From an uncultured Chloroflexia bacterium (GTDB taxonomy: Bacteria; Chloroflexota; Limnocylindria; Limnocylindrales; CSP1-4), in NCBI GenBank assembly GCA_963735785.1, contig CAVTMH010000001.1:78824-142823 (forward strand): DNA of 64,000 bases. The letters run 5' to 3'. A model generated the notes under the pieces. That model was not told where the DNA came from. It searched no databases and saw only the letters and a program-made list of their open reading frames with translations. A program made the translations under genes and the position numbers. Below, one piece after another: positions 50,845 through 60,667 of the stretch. Within the stretch, counting starts at the first letter, position 1. Each line of letters opens with the position of its first letter.

Positions 50845-51945
50845 TCAGGCGAACAGCGCCTCGACGAAGGCGTCCGGGTCGAACGGCAGCAGGTCGCCGA
50901 CCCCCTCCCCCACCCCGACATATCGAACGGGGATCCCGAGCGAGTGCTCGATCGCGAAGACGATGCCGCCCTTGGCCGTCGAATCGAGCTTCGTGAGGAC
51001 GATCCCTGTCAGACCGACCGCCTCGTGGAAGGCCGCAGCCTGCGCGAGGCCGTTCTGGCCCGTGGTGGCATCCAGCACGAACAGGGTTTCCGGCTCCGCG
51101 CCCGGCAATCGCTTGTCGACGATGCGGCGGACCTTCGTCAGCTCGTCCATGAGGTTCGATTTCGTGTGCAATCGACCGGCGGTGTCGGCGATGACGAGGT
51201 CGGCGCCCCTGGCCAGGGCCGCATCGAGGGCGTCGTACACGACCGCGCCCGGGTCGGCGCCCGGAGCGTGCGCGATCATGGGGACCGCGGCACGGTCGGC
51301 CCAGATCCTGAGCTGGTCGATGGCGGCTGCACGGAACGTGTCCGCGGCGGCGAGGATGACGCTCCGCCCTTCACCCGCATAGCGCGCGGCAAGCTTGCCG
51401 ATGGTCGTCGTCTTGCCGGTGCCATTGACGCCGACGACGAGGACGACCGCCGGCCCCCCCGCGACCGCCGAGCGGGGTTGCCACTCGATGTCGCGTTCGA
51501 CGAGCAACGCCGCTAGCTCCGCCCGGATCGATGCCTCGGGACCGCCCGCTTCACGTCGCCGGCGGGCTCGGTCGACGAGATCGATGGCCAGCGCGGCGCC
51601 GACATCGCCGGCGATCAGCGTCTCCTCGACCTCGTCCCATCGGGGTCCGTCGGCGGTCCCGAGGTACCCGCGGAGCTGGGACACGAAGCCGCTGCGGGTC
51701 TTCTCCAGACCCGTTTCGATCGACGCGGGAGCTACGGCCAGGAACGCGGTCGGATCGAATGGTGCGACAGGCGGCGCTTCGGGCTGGAGGGGCGTCGCGA
51801 GCTCGGTCGTGCCCTCGACTGCTGGCGCCTCTGGCTCGAACACCTCCTCGGGCGCCGGCGCCTCCGGCTCGACCGGCAGCTGGGGCTCGACCCGCTCGGG
51901 CGCAGCCTCGGGTTCCGACTCGCGGCGGCGGCGCCAGAAGGCCAT
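50845..51945 (-). CDS. ftsY: SRP receptor
   Basis: GVNGTGKTTT, DTFRAAA, DTAGR and TKLDSTAKGG; acidic N-terminus. Confidence 0.97.
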   Translation of the reverse strand: MAFWRRRRESEPEAAPERVEPQLPVEPEAPAPEEVFEPEAPAVEGTTELATPLQPEAPPVAPFDPTAFLAVAPASIETGLEKTRSGFVSQLRGYLGTADGPRWDEVEETLIAGDVGAALAIDLVDRARRRREAGGPEASIRAELAALLVERDIEWQPRSAVAGGPAVVLVVGVNGTGKTTTIGKLAARYAGEGRSVILAAADTFRAAAIDQLRIWADRAAVPMIAHAPGADPGAVVYDALDAALARGADLVIADTAGRLHTKSNLMDELTKVRRIVDKRLPGAEPETLFVLDATTGQNGLAQAAAFHEAVGLTGIVLTKLDSTAKGGIVFAIEHSLGIPVRYVGVGEGVGDLLPFDPDAFVEALFA

Positions 51946-54900
51946 CAGCCCGCCACGCTGAGCTCGCGACCGCGATCGGCCGCCAGCGCCTGGGCCTCCT
52001 CCAGCCGCAGGCTGATCACCCGCGAGACCGAATCGTCGCCGACGGTCACGCCGTAGAGCGCGTCGGCGGCCTCGATGGTGCCGCGGTTGTGCGTGATCAC
52101 GATGAACTGCGTCTGGTGGGCCAGGCTGCGGAGCGCCTCGGCGAACCGGTCGATGTTCGCCTCGTCGAGCGCGGCATCGACCTCGTCGAGCACGCAGAAC
52201 GGCACCGGTCGCACCTCGAGCATCGCGAAGAGCAGGGCGACCGCTGTCAGGGCCCGTTCACCGCCCGACAGCATCGCCAGTGCCTGGGCCTTCTTGCCGG
52301 GTGGCCGCGCGACGATCTCGACACCGGTCGAGCCGAGGTCGGTCGGATCGGTCAGCGACAGCCGCGCGAACCCCCCGCCGAAGAGCTGCTCGAACCGACG
52401 CTCGAATGCCGTCTCGAGCGCGCGGAACGTCGACTGGAACTGGTCGGCGATCATCGTGTCGAGCTCGGCCATGAGCTCGCGGGTCTTGCCGATCGCCGAC
52501 CGCAGGTCCGCGTCCTGCAGTTCGAGGGTCTCGAGCCGGACCTTGAGCTCGGCGTATTCGTCGACCGCGAACGGATTGGCCGCGCCCAACTCGTGGTACC
52601 GGCGGCGCAATCGCGCGAGCTGCCCTGGCGAGGGCACGGCCGTGGTCGGTGGCTCGATGGCCCACCGTTCGGCCACGGCCGCCAGGGCCGATTCGAGCGC
52701 CGCGGTGTCCTCGGCCGGGAGGTCGCCGTCGACGTCCGCATCGGGCGCGTCCGGCGTGTCCTCGGCGATCGGAGGCCGGTCGGACCCCGTGGCCTCGCCC
52801 GGACGTTCCGCGACTGGCGCCACTCCAAGGCTGGTCAGCGCCAGGCCGCCCATCCCGGCGAGCTCCACCAGCACACCCTCGCGCAACGCGTCGAGTCCGA
52901 GCCGAGCCTCGAGCTCGGCGTGGTCGGTGGCGCGCAGTCGATCGTCGGCCGTCCGGAGGCGCTCACGGGCGGTCGACGCCGCCCGTTCAGCCTCCGCCAA
53001 CCGGCTTCGATCGACGTCGTCGGCCTCGCGCAGGGCTGCCAGGATCTCGCGCGCCGTCGATTCGGCGGAGGCGGCGGTCGTCAGCTCCCGTCCCAGGGCC
53101 TCCCGCTCGGCCGTCAGGCGCGCCTCGCGCTCACCGAGCGCGGCCAGTTCGCGTTCGGCGCGGGCGACGCGTTCCTCGGACATCGTCGCGGCGGCCTCGG
53201 CTCGAGCGCGTCGGTGCTCCGCTTCCAGACGTGCCGCGTCATGGGTCGCGAGACGGCCGGCGAGCCGGTCGCGTCGTTCCCGGAGTTCCGTGGATCGGGA
53301 CTCCCACGCAGCGACGGCGGATCGGACGTCGTCCGACGGGCTCGGGATCGGACCGGTCGTGCCCCGGACATCTGGCGCCGTCATGCCCTCGATGGCCTCG
53401 CGCAGCCGGCCCAGCTCCGCGTCGAGCCGCGTGCGTTGCGCCTCGTGCCAGGCCGCTTCCCGGGCGATCGACTCGGACTCCCGCGCGACGGCCCGCTCGG
53501 CCTCCTCGGCCCCGCGTCGGTCGGCCGTCAGCCGTGCCTCCTCGGCTCGCGCGTTCTCCAGTGCGCCACGCGCCTCGCCGGCATGTGCGACCGTCACGGT
53601 GGCCTCACGCTGCAATCCGGCCAGCTCCGCCTCCGCGCGTTCCAGGTCCGCGGCCAGGCGGGCGTGCTCCGCGCGACGTTCGAGGACGGTGTCGGCCGCC
53701 CCCAGCGCGATACCGGTGTCATCCACGAGGGCGGATCCGTCCCGGGCGACGGCGACCCAGCCCGCGGGAAGGAGCGACTGGATCGCCAGGCACGCAGCCA
53801 GGTCGGGCAGCCACACGGCCCGGGCCAGCAGGCGCCGCACCGCACCGGTGGCGTCGCGACGGACCGCGTCGGCCAACGGGCCCCCGCCCTTCTCCGCCAC
53901 GGCGTCGAGGCAGCGCCGCGTCGAAGCATCCTTGGTGCCGACCTCGCCGGACAGCCGCTCCTCGATGAGCAACCGCCCTCGCTCGTCGGCGAGCCCCGCG
54001 ACGCTCGCGGCGGGGACCAGGTAGGCCCTGGCCCGATCCGCGAGCACGGCCTCGACGGCAGCCCGGAGCTCCGGGTCGACGGCGAGATCGTCGTCGAGTC
54101 GGCGGCCACCGGCCCTGCGGGCTGCCCTGGCGATCGGTCGCCGCTCCTCCTCGGCGAGTCGCTCGGCCAGGGCCTCGGTCCGGCCGCGCAGCCCGGCAAC
54201 GGCGGCGGATGCCGCGGCGGCGCGGTCCGTGGTGGCCGCTCGCTCCGCCTCCGCCGATTCGAGCCCGGCTCGCGCTGCCTCCCGGGTCGCCAGCGCGCTC
54301 GCCTCCGCGCTCAAGGCCGTCTCGAGGGCGACCCGGGCCGCCTCGTGCCGCGCCACGACCTCGACCCGCCGATTCTCGACGGCGCTGGCCGCGGCCGTCT
54401 CCTCCGCGGCCCGCCGTTCAGCCTCCGCAAGCCGGCGACGCGCTGTCTCGGTCTCCCCCTGCCGTGCGGCCTCCGCCCGGCGCAGCGCGGCCAGCTGCTC
54501 TCCCTGCGCCTGGGAGGCAGTCCGCAGGGTCGCAAGTTCCCCGAGGGCTTCGGCGAGATCGCGATCGGCCTCCGTGACGGCGGCCTCCAGGTCCAGGTCG
54601 CGCGCCAGGAAGGGGACCGCCATGGTCCGTCGCTGGAGCGCGCCGTCCGACTCGGCCGCCGAGCGTTCGTCCGCCAGCCTCGCCCGATCACGGCCGATGG
54701 CGTCCACGTCGGCGGCCAGCCGCCCGTCGCGCAACTGCAGGGCGGTCAGCGTCGCGCGGGCCGTCTCGTGGGCCTCGCGGCGCTCGCGTTCCTGGGACGC
54801 TCGCACGGACAGTTCGTCGGCCAGCGCCGATGCCGCGGCCTCGGCTGCTTCGAGATCGCCCATCGCCCGCTGCGCCTCGGCCTGTGCCCGCTCCCGCCGT

Positions 54901-55721
54901 GCGCCGGCCGCCGACAGACTCGTCGCCGCCTCGTGCCAGCGCGCGTGCGTCGCGGCGAGGAGTGCGCTGGCCAGTTCGTCGCCGACCGTCGACCGTGTCG
55001 TCTGCTGCTCGGCCTGAGCCGCCAGGCGGCGGGCCTGCGGCCGGAGCTCGGCCAGGATGTCCTCGACGCGTGCGAGGTTTGCCTCCGACTCGGCCAGCTG
55101 CTCTTCGGCCTTGCGGCGTCGACGCTCATGCCGGCGAACGCCGGCGACTTCCTCGAACAGCGGCCGGCGCTCCTCCGGTCGAAGCGCGAGCGCCTGGTCG
55201 ACCATCCCCTGCCCGATGAACAGGAATGCGTTGTCGGCCAGGTGGGCGCCATCGAGGAGGTCGACGAGGTCGCGCAGGCGGATGCGTTGCTTGTTGAGCA
55301 GGTACTCGTTCTCACCGCTGCGGAAGAGGCGGCGCCCCAGCTCGAGGACCTGGAAGTCGACCGGCAGCAGCCCATCCGCGTTGTCGAGGACCAGCGTGAC
55401 GTCGGCCATGCCCTGCGCGGCACGTTTCTCCGATCCGGCCCAGATCACGTCCTCGGCCTTGCGCGAGCGGAGCGCTCGGCCCTGCTCCCCCAGTGCCCAG
55501 CGCAGGGCGTCGGCAAGGTTGCTCTTGCCGGAACCGTTCGGCCCGACGACCGCGCTGATGCCGCCACCGAATTCGACGTTGGTTCGTTCCGCAAAGGACT
55601 TGAACCCCTGCAGACGCAGGGCCAGCAGGCGAGGTCCGGACGGCGGGGGCCCGGCCGCCGACGCTCGCGCGCCAGCCGGCGGGCGCACGGCCGTCACGTC
55701 CGGGACCCGGCCGTCGGTCAT
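51945..55721 (-). CDS. smc: Chromosome segregation protein SMC
   Basis: GFKSF, GPNGSGKSN, coiled coils, LSGGE and LDEVDAALD; rnc-smc-ftsY order. Confidence 0.93.
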   Translation of the reverse strand: MTDGRVPDVTAVRPPAGARASAAGPPPSGPRLLALRLQGFKSFAERTNVEFGGGISAVVGPNGSGKSNLADALRWALGEQGRALRSRKAEDVIWAGSEKRAAQGMADVTLVLDNADGLLPVDFQVLELGRRLFRSGENEYLLNKQRIRLRDLVDLLDGAHLADNAFLFIGQGMVDQALALRPEERRPLFEEVAGVRRHERRRRKAEEQLAESEANLARVEDILAELRPQARRLAAQAEQQTTRSTVGDELASALLAATHARWHEAATSLSAAGARRERAQAEAQRAMGDLEAAEAAASALADELSVRASQERERREAHETARATLTALQLRDGRLAADVDAIGRDRARLADERSAAESDGALQRRTMAVPFLARDLDLEAAVTEADRDLAEALGELATLRTASQAQGEQLAALRRAEAARQGETETARRRLAEAERRAAEETAAASAVENRRVEVVARHEAARVALETALSAEASALATREAARAGLESAEAERAATTDRAAAASAAVAGLRGRTEALAERLAEEERRPIARAARRAGGRRLDDDLAVDPELRAAVEAVLADRARAYLVPAASVAGLADERGRLLIEERLSGEVGTKDASTRRCLDAVAEKGGGPLADAVRRDATGAVRRLLARAVWLPDLAACLAIQSLLPAGWVAVARDGSALVDDTGIALGAADTVLERRAEHARLAADLERAEAELAGLQREATVTVAHAGEARGALENARAEEARLTADRRGAEEAERAVARESESIAREAAWHEAQRTRLDAELGRLREAIEGMTAPDVRGTTGPIPSPSDDVRSAVAAWESRSTELRERRDRLAGRLATHDAARLEAEHRRARAEAAATMSEERVARAERELAALGEREARLTAEREALGRELTTAASAESTAREILAALREADDVDRSRLAEAERAASTARERLRTADDRLRATDHAELEARLGLDALREGVLVELAGMGGLALTSLGVAPVAERPGEATGSDRPPIAEDTPDAPDADVDGDLPAEDTAALESALAAVAERWAIEPPTTAVPSPGQLARLRRRYHELGAANPFAVDEYAELKVRLETLELQDADLRSAIGKTRELMAELDTMIADQFQSTFRALETAFERRFEQLFGGGFARLSLTDPTDLGSTGVEIVARPPGKKAQALAMLSGGERALTAVALLFAMLEVRPVPFCVLDEVDAALDEANIDRFAEALRSLAHQTQFIVITHNRGTIEAADALYGVTVGDDSVSRVISLRLEEAQALAADRGRELSVAG

Positions 55722-56449
55722 GCCGTCACCGTCTCATCCTGTGTCCGACTCGCGCCCCGCCTCGCGCGGATGCGGTCGATGGCCTGCGCCGCCGCGTCCG
55801 TCTCGGCGATGCGGCGCGACGATCCCTGCCCGACACCGAGGAGCTCGCCATCGATCCAGACCTCGATCCGGAAGGACTTCTCGTGGTCCGGACCGGTCGC
55901 CTCGACGAGGCGGTACTCCGGCCGCTCCCCTGTCCGCCGCTGGGTGTACTCCTGCAGGCGGCTCTTGGGGCTCTTCAGGCTCAGGATGGGTGCCTCCAGG
56001 GCAAGCTCGGGCGAGGCGAGCTCGATCAGCCAGTCACGAATGAGGTCGTACCCGAGGTCCAGGTACAGCGCCCCGATGAGCGCCTCGAACGACGAGGCCA
56101 GCAGGGATGGACGTCGGCGTGCGCTTCGTTGCGATTCCCCTTCGCCCAGGAGCACGTCCGCCCCGAGGCCGATGCGCCCGGCCAGGCGAGCGAGGCCAGC
56201 CGTGGACACGATCGCCGCCCGGCGAGCCGAGAGCGCGCCCTCATCGTCGTCCGGGTGGCGGGCATAGAGCGCCTCGGAGATGGTGAGATTCACCACCGCA
56301 TCACCGAGGAATTCGAGGCGTTCGTTGTGGCCGACCGCTTTGTCGGGGTGCTCGTGCAGCCAGCTGGAATGGACCAGCGCCTGTTCGAGGAGGTCGTAGT
56401 CCCGGACCGGAAGGCCAAGCCGCTCCGCGACGGCCCGTCCCTGTCGCAC
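55718..56449 (-). CDS. rnc: Ribonuclease III
   Basis: NERLEFLGDAV, FEALIGALYLD and the dsRBD KSRLQE. Confidence 0.97.
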   Translation of the reverse strand: MRQGRAVAERLGLPVRDYDLLEQALVHSSWLHEHPDKAVGHNERLEFLGDAVVNLTISEALYARHPDDDEGALSARRAAIVSTAGLARLAGRIGLGADVLLGEGESQRSARRRPSLLASSFEALIGALYLDLGYDLIRDWLIELASPELALEAPILSLKSPKSRLQEYTQRRTGERPEYRLVEATGPDHEKSFRIEVWIDGELLGVGQGSSRRIAETDAAAQAIDRIRARRGASRTQDETVTA

Positions 56450-56471
56450 CGCCGGCCTGGCCGAGACCGGC

Positions 56472-56708
56472 CTAAGTCGACTTCTCGTCGATGTAGTCGA
56501 CGGCGTCCTGGACGGTCCGGATCTTCTCAGCGTCCTCGTCCGAGATCTCTGTCCCGAACTCTTCTTCCAGGCTCATGATGAGCTCGACCAGGTCGAGCGA
56601 GTCCGCGTTGAGGTCGTCGACGAACGACGCCTCCGGCTTGACCTCATCCTCGTCGGCGCCGAGCTGCTCGACGACGATCTTCTTGAGCCGGTCGTACGTT
56701 GTGGCCAC
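56472..56708 (-). CDS. acpP: Acyl carrier protein
   Basis: [12 protein letters not shown]; strong SD before GTG. Confidence 0.97.
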   Translation of the reverse strand: MATTYDRLKKIVVEQLGADEDEVKPEASFVDDLNADSLDLVELIMSLEEEFGTEISDEDAEKIRTVQDAVDYIDEKST

Positions 56709-57144
56709 TGACTCCCTCCTCGGAGCTGGGTGCTGGGGAGATCGTCCCGAGGACGCCATTCATGAGGCGCCGCATCGGCTCTCCGCTGTAGGTGCGTGCC
56801 AGCTCGACCCACTCGGCGATGGCCACCCGGGCCGGCGTGCCGGAGTGTAGCACCTCACCAAGGGCGGTTCGGAGCAGGGCGCGGTCCATCTTGGCGAGCC
56901 CGGTAACGGGGTACTGCGGGGCGACCTCGCCGATTCGCGCGTCGATCGCGTCGCGGTAGGCGACGACCGCTGCGACCAGCTCGCGCGCCAGTTCGGCGGC
57001 GGTCTCGTCGCGTTCCGACTCGGCGAGATGGCGCTCGAGGATGGCGTCGGCGGTGCGCTGTCCGAAGTCGGCCTCGAAGATGGCGGCCAGCGCGAGTCGA
57101 CGTCCCGTCCGTCGTCCGCGCTGGCGATCAGCCTCCGACCCCAT
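56644..57144 (-). CDS. nusB: Transcription antitermination factor NusB
   Basis: [28 protein letters not shown] and NGVLG. The C-terminus overlaps acpP. Confidence 0.85.
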   Translation of the reverse strand: MGSEADRQRGRRTGRRLALAAIFEADFGQRTADAILERHLAESERDETAAELARELVAAVVAYRDAIDARIGEVAPQYPVTGLAKMDRALLRTALGEVLHSGTPARVAIAEWVELARTYSGEPMRRLMNGVLGTISPAPSSEEGVSGHNVRPAQEDRRRAARRRRG

Positions 57145-57442
57145 CGACGATGACGGTGACGGCACCGAGGTCCAGACCGAGCAGCCGCTCGACGGTGGCG
57201 GCCACGGCGGTCCGGACCTGCGCGGTCAACGGCGCGAGGGCCTGGCCCGGGCGTGTGACGATGCGCAGGCGCACCACGACCCGGTCGTCACGGACGCGCA
57301 CGGTGACCGCCGGCCCCGCCAGCCAGCCGCGCCAGATCGGCCCGCCGTGGCCGACCCGAACCACGCCCGGTACCTCGAAGGCGGCCAGGCGGACGAGCTC
57401 GGCGATGACGCCCTTGCCGACGCTGAGTTCCGGTCCGCTCAC
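57128..57442 (-). CDS. Asp23/Gls24 family protein
   Basis: AAFEVPGV...QVRTAV..VERLLG..VTVIV; upstream of nusB. Confidence 0.8.
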   Translation of the reverse strand: MSGPELSVGKGVIAELVRLAAFEVPGVVRVGHGGPIWRGWLAGPAVTVRVRDDRVVVRLRIVTRPGQALAPLTAQVRTAVAATVERLLGLDLGAVTVIVDGVGG

Positions 57443-58536
57443 GTGGCCACCTCCTGGGTCGGGCTCGCTTCCGGCGGCGTCGTGTCCGCGGCCGCGCGGC
57501 GTGACGCCCGGTCGGCCGCCATGGCCTCCGCGATGAGCTCCGGCACGCGCGTCCGGGCAGTGGTCGCGGCCACCTCACAGGCATAGCCGATCATCCGTCG
57601 TCGGGCGCGACCGTGGGTGATGATGGCCGTGCCCTTCACGCCGAGCAACGGCGAGCCGCCGACCTTCTCGTAGTCGAACACGCTCCGGATCCTGGCGACG
57701 CTGGGGCGCATCAGCAGATAGCCGAGCCTGCCTCGCCACGACCCCTCGAATTCCGACCGCCACAGGTCAAAGATGAATCCCGACAGGCCCTCGAAGAACT
57801 TGATCACGACGTTGCCCAGGACCGCATCGCAGACCACGACGTCGGCCGGGTGTTTCGTGAGGTCCTTGCCCTCCACGTTGCCCTCGAACCGGAGCCCGGA
57901 TACGTCGAGCAACTCGGTGGCGCCCTGGATCCGGGTGTCGCCCTTGCCCTTCTCCTCCCCGATCGACAGCAGCGCGACCCTCGGGTTCGGGACGTTGAGC
58001 ACCCGTTCCGCGAAGATGGCGCCCATCCGGGCGAACTGGGCCAGGTTCTCGGCCGTCGAGTCGGGGTTGGCGCCGATGTCCAGGAGGACCATCGGCCCGG
58101 AGTCCGTGATCATCTGCACCGCCAGCGCGGGGCGATCCACGCCGGGCAGTCGGCCCAAGCGGAGGACCGCGGCCGCCATGCCGGCGCCGGTGTGGCCGGC
58201 GGTCACGACCGCATCCGCCTCGCCGCGGCGCACGAGGTCGGTGGCCACGAGGATCGTCGCGTCCTTCTTCTCGCGCAGCGCCAGTGCCGGGTGCTCGTCC
58301 ATCCCGATGACCTGGCTGGCGTGGACGATCCGCACGTTCGGTGGCAGGTCACCTCCGAGGCTCCGCACGATTGCCTCGTCACCGACAAGGATCAGGGTGT
58401 CATGAGGATGACTGCGCGCGAAGTCGAGCGCGCCCGGTACGACTTCCGATGGGCCGTGATCGCCGCCCATGGCATCGACGGCGACGCGAACTGCGTCGCG
58501 GGTCGCCTCGGTCGGCGCTGGCCGAGGCTCGGTCAC
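57439..58536 (-). CDS. plsX: Phosphate acyltransferase
   Basis: AVDAMGGDHGP, DIGAN, GNVEG and LLGV...HG. Confidence 0.95.
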   Translation of the reverse strand: MTEPRPAPTEATRDAVRVAVDAMGGDHGPSEVVPGALDFARSHPHDTLILVGDEAIVRSLGGDLPPNVRIVHASQVIGMDEHPALALREKKDATILVATDLVRRGEADAVVTAGHTGAGMAAAVLRLGRLPGVDRPALAVQMITDSGPMVLLDIGANPDSTAENLAQFARMGAIFAERVLNVPNPRVALLSIGEEKGKGDTRIQGATELLDVSGLRFEGNVEGKDLTKHPADVVVCDAVLGNVVIKFFEGLSGFIFDLWRSEFEGSWRGRLGYLLMRPSVARIRSVFDYEKVGGSPLLGVKGTAIITHGRARRRMIGYACEVAATTARTRVPELIAEAMAADRASRRAAADTTPPEASPTQEVAT

Positions 58537-58540
58537 CGCG

Positions 58541-58750
58541 TCAGCGCGGCGTGTCGTCGGTGCCGCCGCCGGTCGGCTTCGGCGGGACCGCGAGGCGTCC
58601 CTGGTAGTAGCCGCAGTTGGGGCACACGCGGTGCGGCAGCTTCATCTCGTGGCAGTGCGGACACTCCTCGAGCTTGGGCAGGTCGATCGCGAGGTGCGAG
58701 CGGCGCTCGCCCTGGCGGGCGTGCGAGACGCGTCGCTTGGGTACACCCAT
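58541..58750 (-). CDS. rpmF: 50S ribosomal protein L32 (Zn-ribbon form)
   Basis: MGVPKRRVS...CPHC...HRVCPNCGYY. Confidence 0.97.
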   Translation of the reverse strand: MGVPKRRVSHARQGERRSHLAIDLPKLEECPHCHEMKLPHRVCPNCGYYQGRLAVPPKPTGGGTDDTPR

Positions 58751-58918
58751 GGGGTCGTGGGCTCCTTGTGTCGTGTGTCGTGGTGCGCCGCGGGGTCATC
58801 AGCGCGGGGGTTCGTTGCGCAGGGCCGCACCGACCGCGGAGTCTACCGCGAAACGCCCCCCACCGTCCGTCGCTCCGTCCGTCCGTGGGCTCGAGTGCGC
58901 ACGCCGGGGCGGGCAGTC

Positions 58919-59476
58919 CTAGCCTGCGTCATCCGGCCGGAAGGCACGCAACGCCTCGAGCCGTGGGTCGACGTCATCGTCGGGATGATCATGGGCGCCC
59001 TCGTCCAGCGGGAGGCCGCAGATGGGACACAGGCCGGGACAATCCGGCCGATCGAGCGGGGCGATCGGCTCGGCCAGGGAGATCGCGTCCCTGACCGACG
59101 GCCCCAGGTCCAGCTCGTGATGGTCGGTCAGGCGCAGCGCCTCGGGTTCCTCGTCCGTCGGGACGGGCTTCCCACTCGCGAGGTCGAGCGATGGCAGAAA
59201 CTCGTCCTCGATGAACAGCTCCAGCGGCACCGTCGTGGGCCGCAGGCAGCGGACGCACTCCATGGCGAGCGCCGTTCGAAGGGTCGCTCGTGCGAGGACG
59301 CCCCGGTTGGTGTGGGTCAGGCGGACGTGTCCGTCGATCGGCTGCGCGAGAACCAACTCGTCGGGGAGGGTGACCCGGGCGTCCGCGATGTCGTATGTGC
59401 GGTCGGCGCCGACGGTGTCGCCGAGCAGCCCGGCGACGTTCCAGACGAAGGGACCGTCGGCGGCCGAGGCGCTCAT
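58919..59476 (-). CDS. DUF177/YceD family protein
   Basis: CVRCL, CPGLCPICG and DPRLEAL; upstream of rpmF. Confidence 0.92.
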   Translation of the reverse strand: MSASAADGPFVWNVAGLLGDTVGADRTYDIADARVTLPDELVLAQPIDGHVRLTHTNRGVLARATLRTALAMECVRCLRPTTVPLELFIEDEFLPSLDLASGKPVPTDEEPEALRLTDHHELDLGPSVRDAISLAEPIAPLDRPDCPGLCPICGLPLDEGAHDHPDDDVDPRLEALRAFRPDDAG

Positions 59477-59486
59477 AGCCGCCGGG

Positions 59487-60035
59487 TCACGACCTGGCGG
59501 GCGCGGCGGCGTCCTCCTCCTCATCGTCCCAGTCGCCGTCCTTGAAGTCGCCGCCCTCGACCTCTTCGGGCGGCGCGGCGAGCAGGGTCGCCCGGCGATC
59601 GTCCAGCATGGCGATGCCCTTCTCGATGCTCTGCAGGGTCTTGCGGACGTCGCCTTCGAGACCCTCGAGCACGCTCACGGCGTACTCGTCTGCGCCCCCC
59701 CGGATCCGTTCCGCGTCGTCGTGCGCCTCCGCGATCATCCGGCGACTCTCGACCTCGGCGGACTGGGTCAGGCCACGCTCGTCGATGAGGAAAGCCGCCT
59801 GCTCCTGGGCGCGAGCCACGATGCGCTCCGCCTCCTCCTGGGCCTTCTCGATGATCCGCTCGCCCTCGGAATTGATGCGTTTGGCGGCACGCACCTCCTC
59901 GGGGACGGCGACGCGCAATTCGTCGATGAGCCCGAGCGCGGCGTTCTGATCGACGACGACATTCGTGGTGAGCGGCAGCTTCTTGCCGTTCGCGATCAAT
60001 GACTCGAGGCGCTCGACGAGGAAGATGATGTCGAT
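59487..60035 (-). CDS. DivIVA-like coiled-coil protein (start probably ATC)
   Basis: IDIIFLVERLESLI...KLPLT...PEEVRAA, then coiled coil; usual coaD-X-yceD position. AGGAGG precedes ATC 60035. Confidence 0.8.
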   Translation of the reverse strand: MDIIFLVERLESLIANGKKLPLTTNVVVDQNAALGLIDELRVAVPEEVRAAKRINSEGERIIEKAQEEAERIVARAQEQAAFLIDERGLTQSAEVESRRMIAEAHDDAERIRGGADEYAVSVLEGLEGDVRKTLQSIEKGIAMLDDRRATLLAAPPEEVEGGDFKDGDWDDEEEDAAAPARS

Positions 60036-60172
60036 GGCTCGTGCCCTCCTGCCTGGGCTGTGCCGGTCCGTTCGGATGCGCGCCGGGTCGGGCCGATTAT
60101 GGCACGGGCCGGTCGCTCGGCGACGGCTGATCGACGGCCGCTCGACCCCCCTCGGGCCGTGTCGTCGGCCCG

Positions 60173-60667
60173 TCAGCCTTGGCCGAGTGCGGCCGCCAGG
60201 GCCGCCGCAGCGGGGCCGGGCAACATCGCCGATACGTCCCCGCCGAAGCTCGCGATCTCCTTGACCAGACTCGAGCTGACGTAGCCGTTCGCGATCGAGG
60301 TCATGAAGAAGACGGTGTCGATATCGGGCGCGAGGACCCGATTGTTGTGGGCGAGCTGCATCTCGGTCTCGAAGTCGCTGATGGCACGCAGACCCCGGAC
60401 GATGGCGGTCGCGTCGTGGGCGTGACAGAAGTCCACCGTGAGCCCATCGAAGCTCGCGACGTCGACGCGCCCGGCCTGCCCCCCGCCTTCGCCGAGCGCG
60501 TCGCGAATGACCCGGATCCGCTCGTCCACGGGGAGCAGCGGGGTCTTGCGGGGGTTCGCCAGCACGGCGACGATGACGCGGTCGAAGACGTTCGCCGCCC
60601 GACCGATGATGTCGAGGTGGCCGTTCGTGATGGGATCGAACGAACCCGGGTAGACCGCGACGCTCAT
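60173..60667 (-). CDS. coaD: Phosphopantetheine adenylyltransferase
   Basis: YPGSFDPITNGH, RGLR and SSSLVKEIA. Confidence 0.97.
   Translation of the reverse strand: MSVAVYPGSFDPITNGHLDIIGRAANVFDRVIVAVLANPRKTPLLPVDERIRVIRDALGEGGGQAGRVDVASFDGLTVDFCHAHDATAIVRGLRAISDFETEMQLAHNNRVLAPDIDTVFFMTSIANGYVSSSLVKEIASFGGDVSAMLPGPAAAALAAALGQG

Noticed and set aside
53650-54150. Divergent SMC hinge as a novel SMC-like system
   Set aside because: Head motifs and rnc-smc-ftsY synteny are canonical, and hinge glycines are still partly recognisable.
51531-56267. Very long plus-strand ORFs (1578 aa here; also 3311..5938, 9677..11860, 16615..18933, 18867..20855)
   Set aside because: Antisense shadows of real genes, expected at high GC, with no motifs. 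Only the last 136 codons of 3311..5938 look like a real gene.
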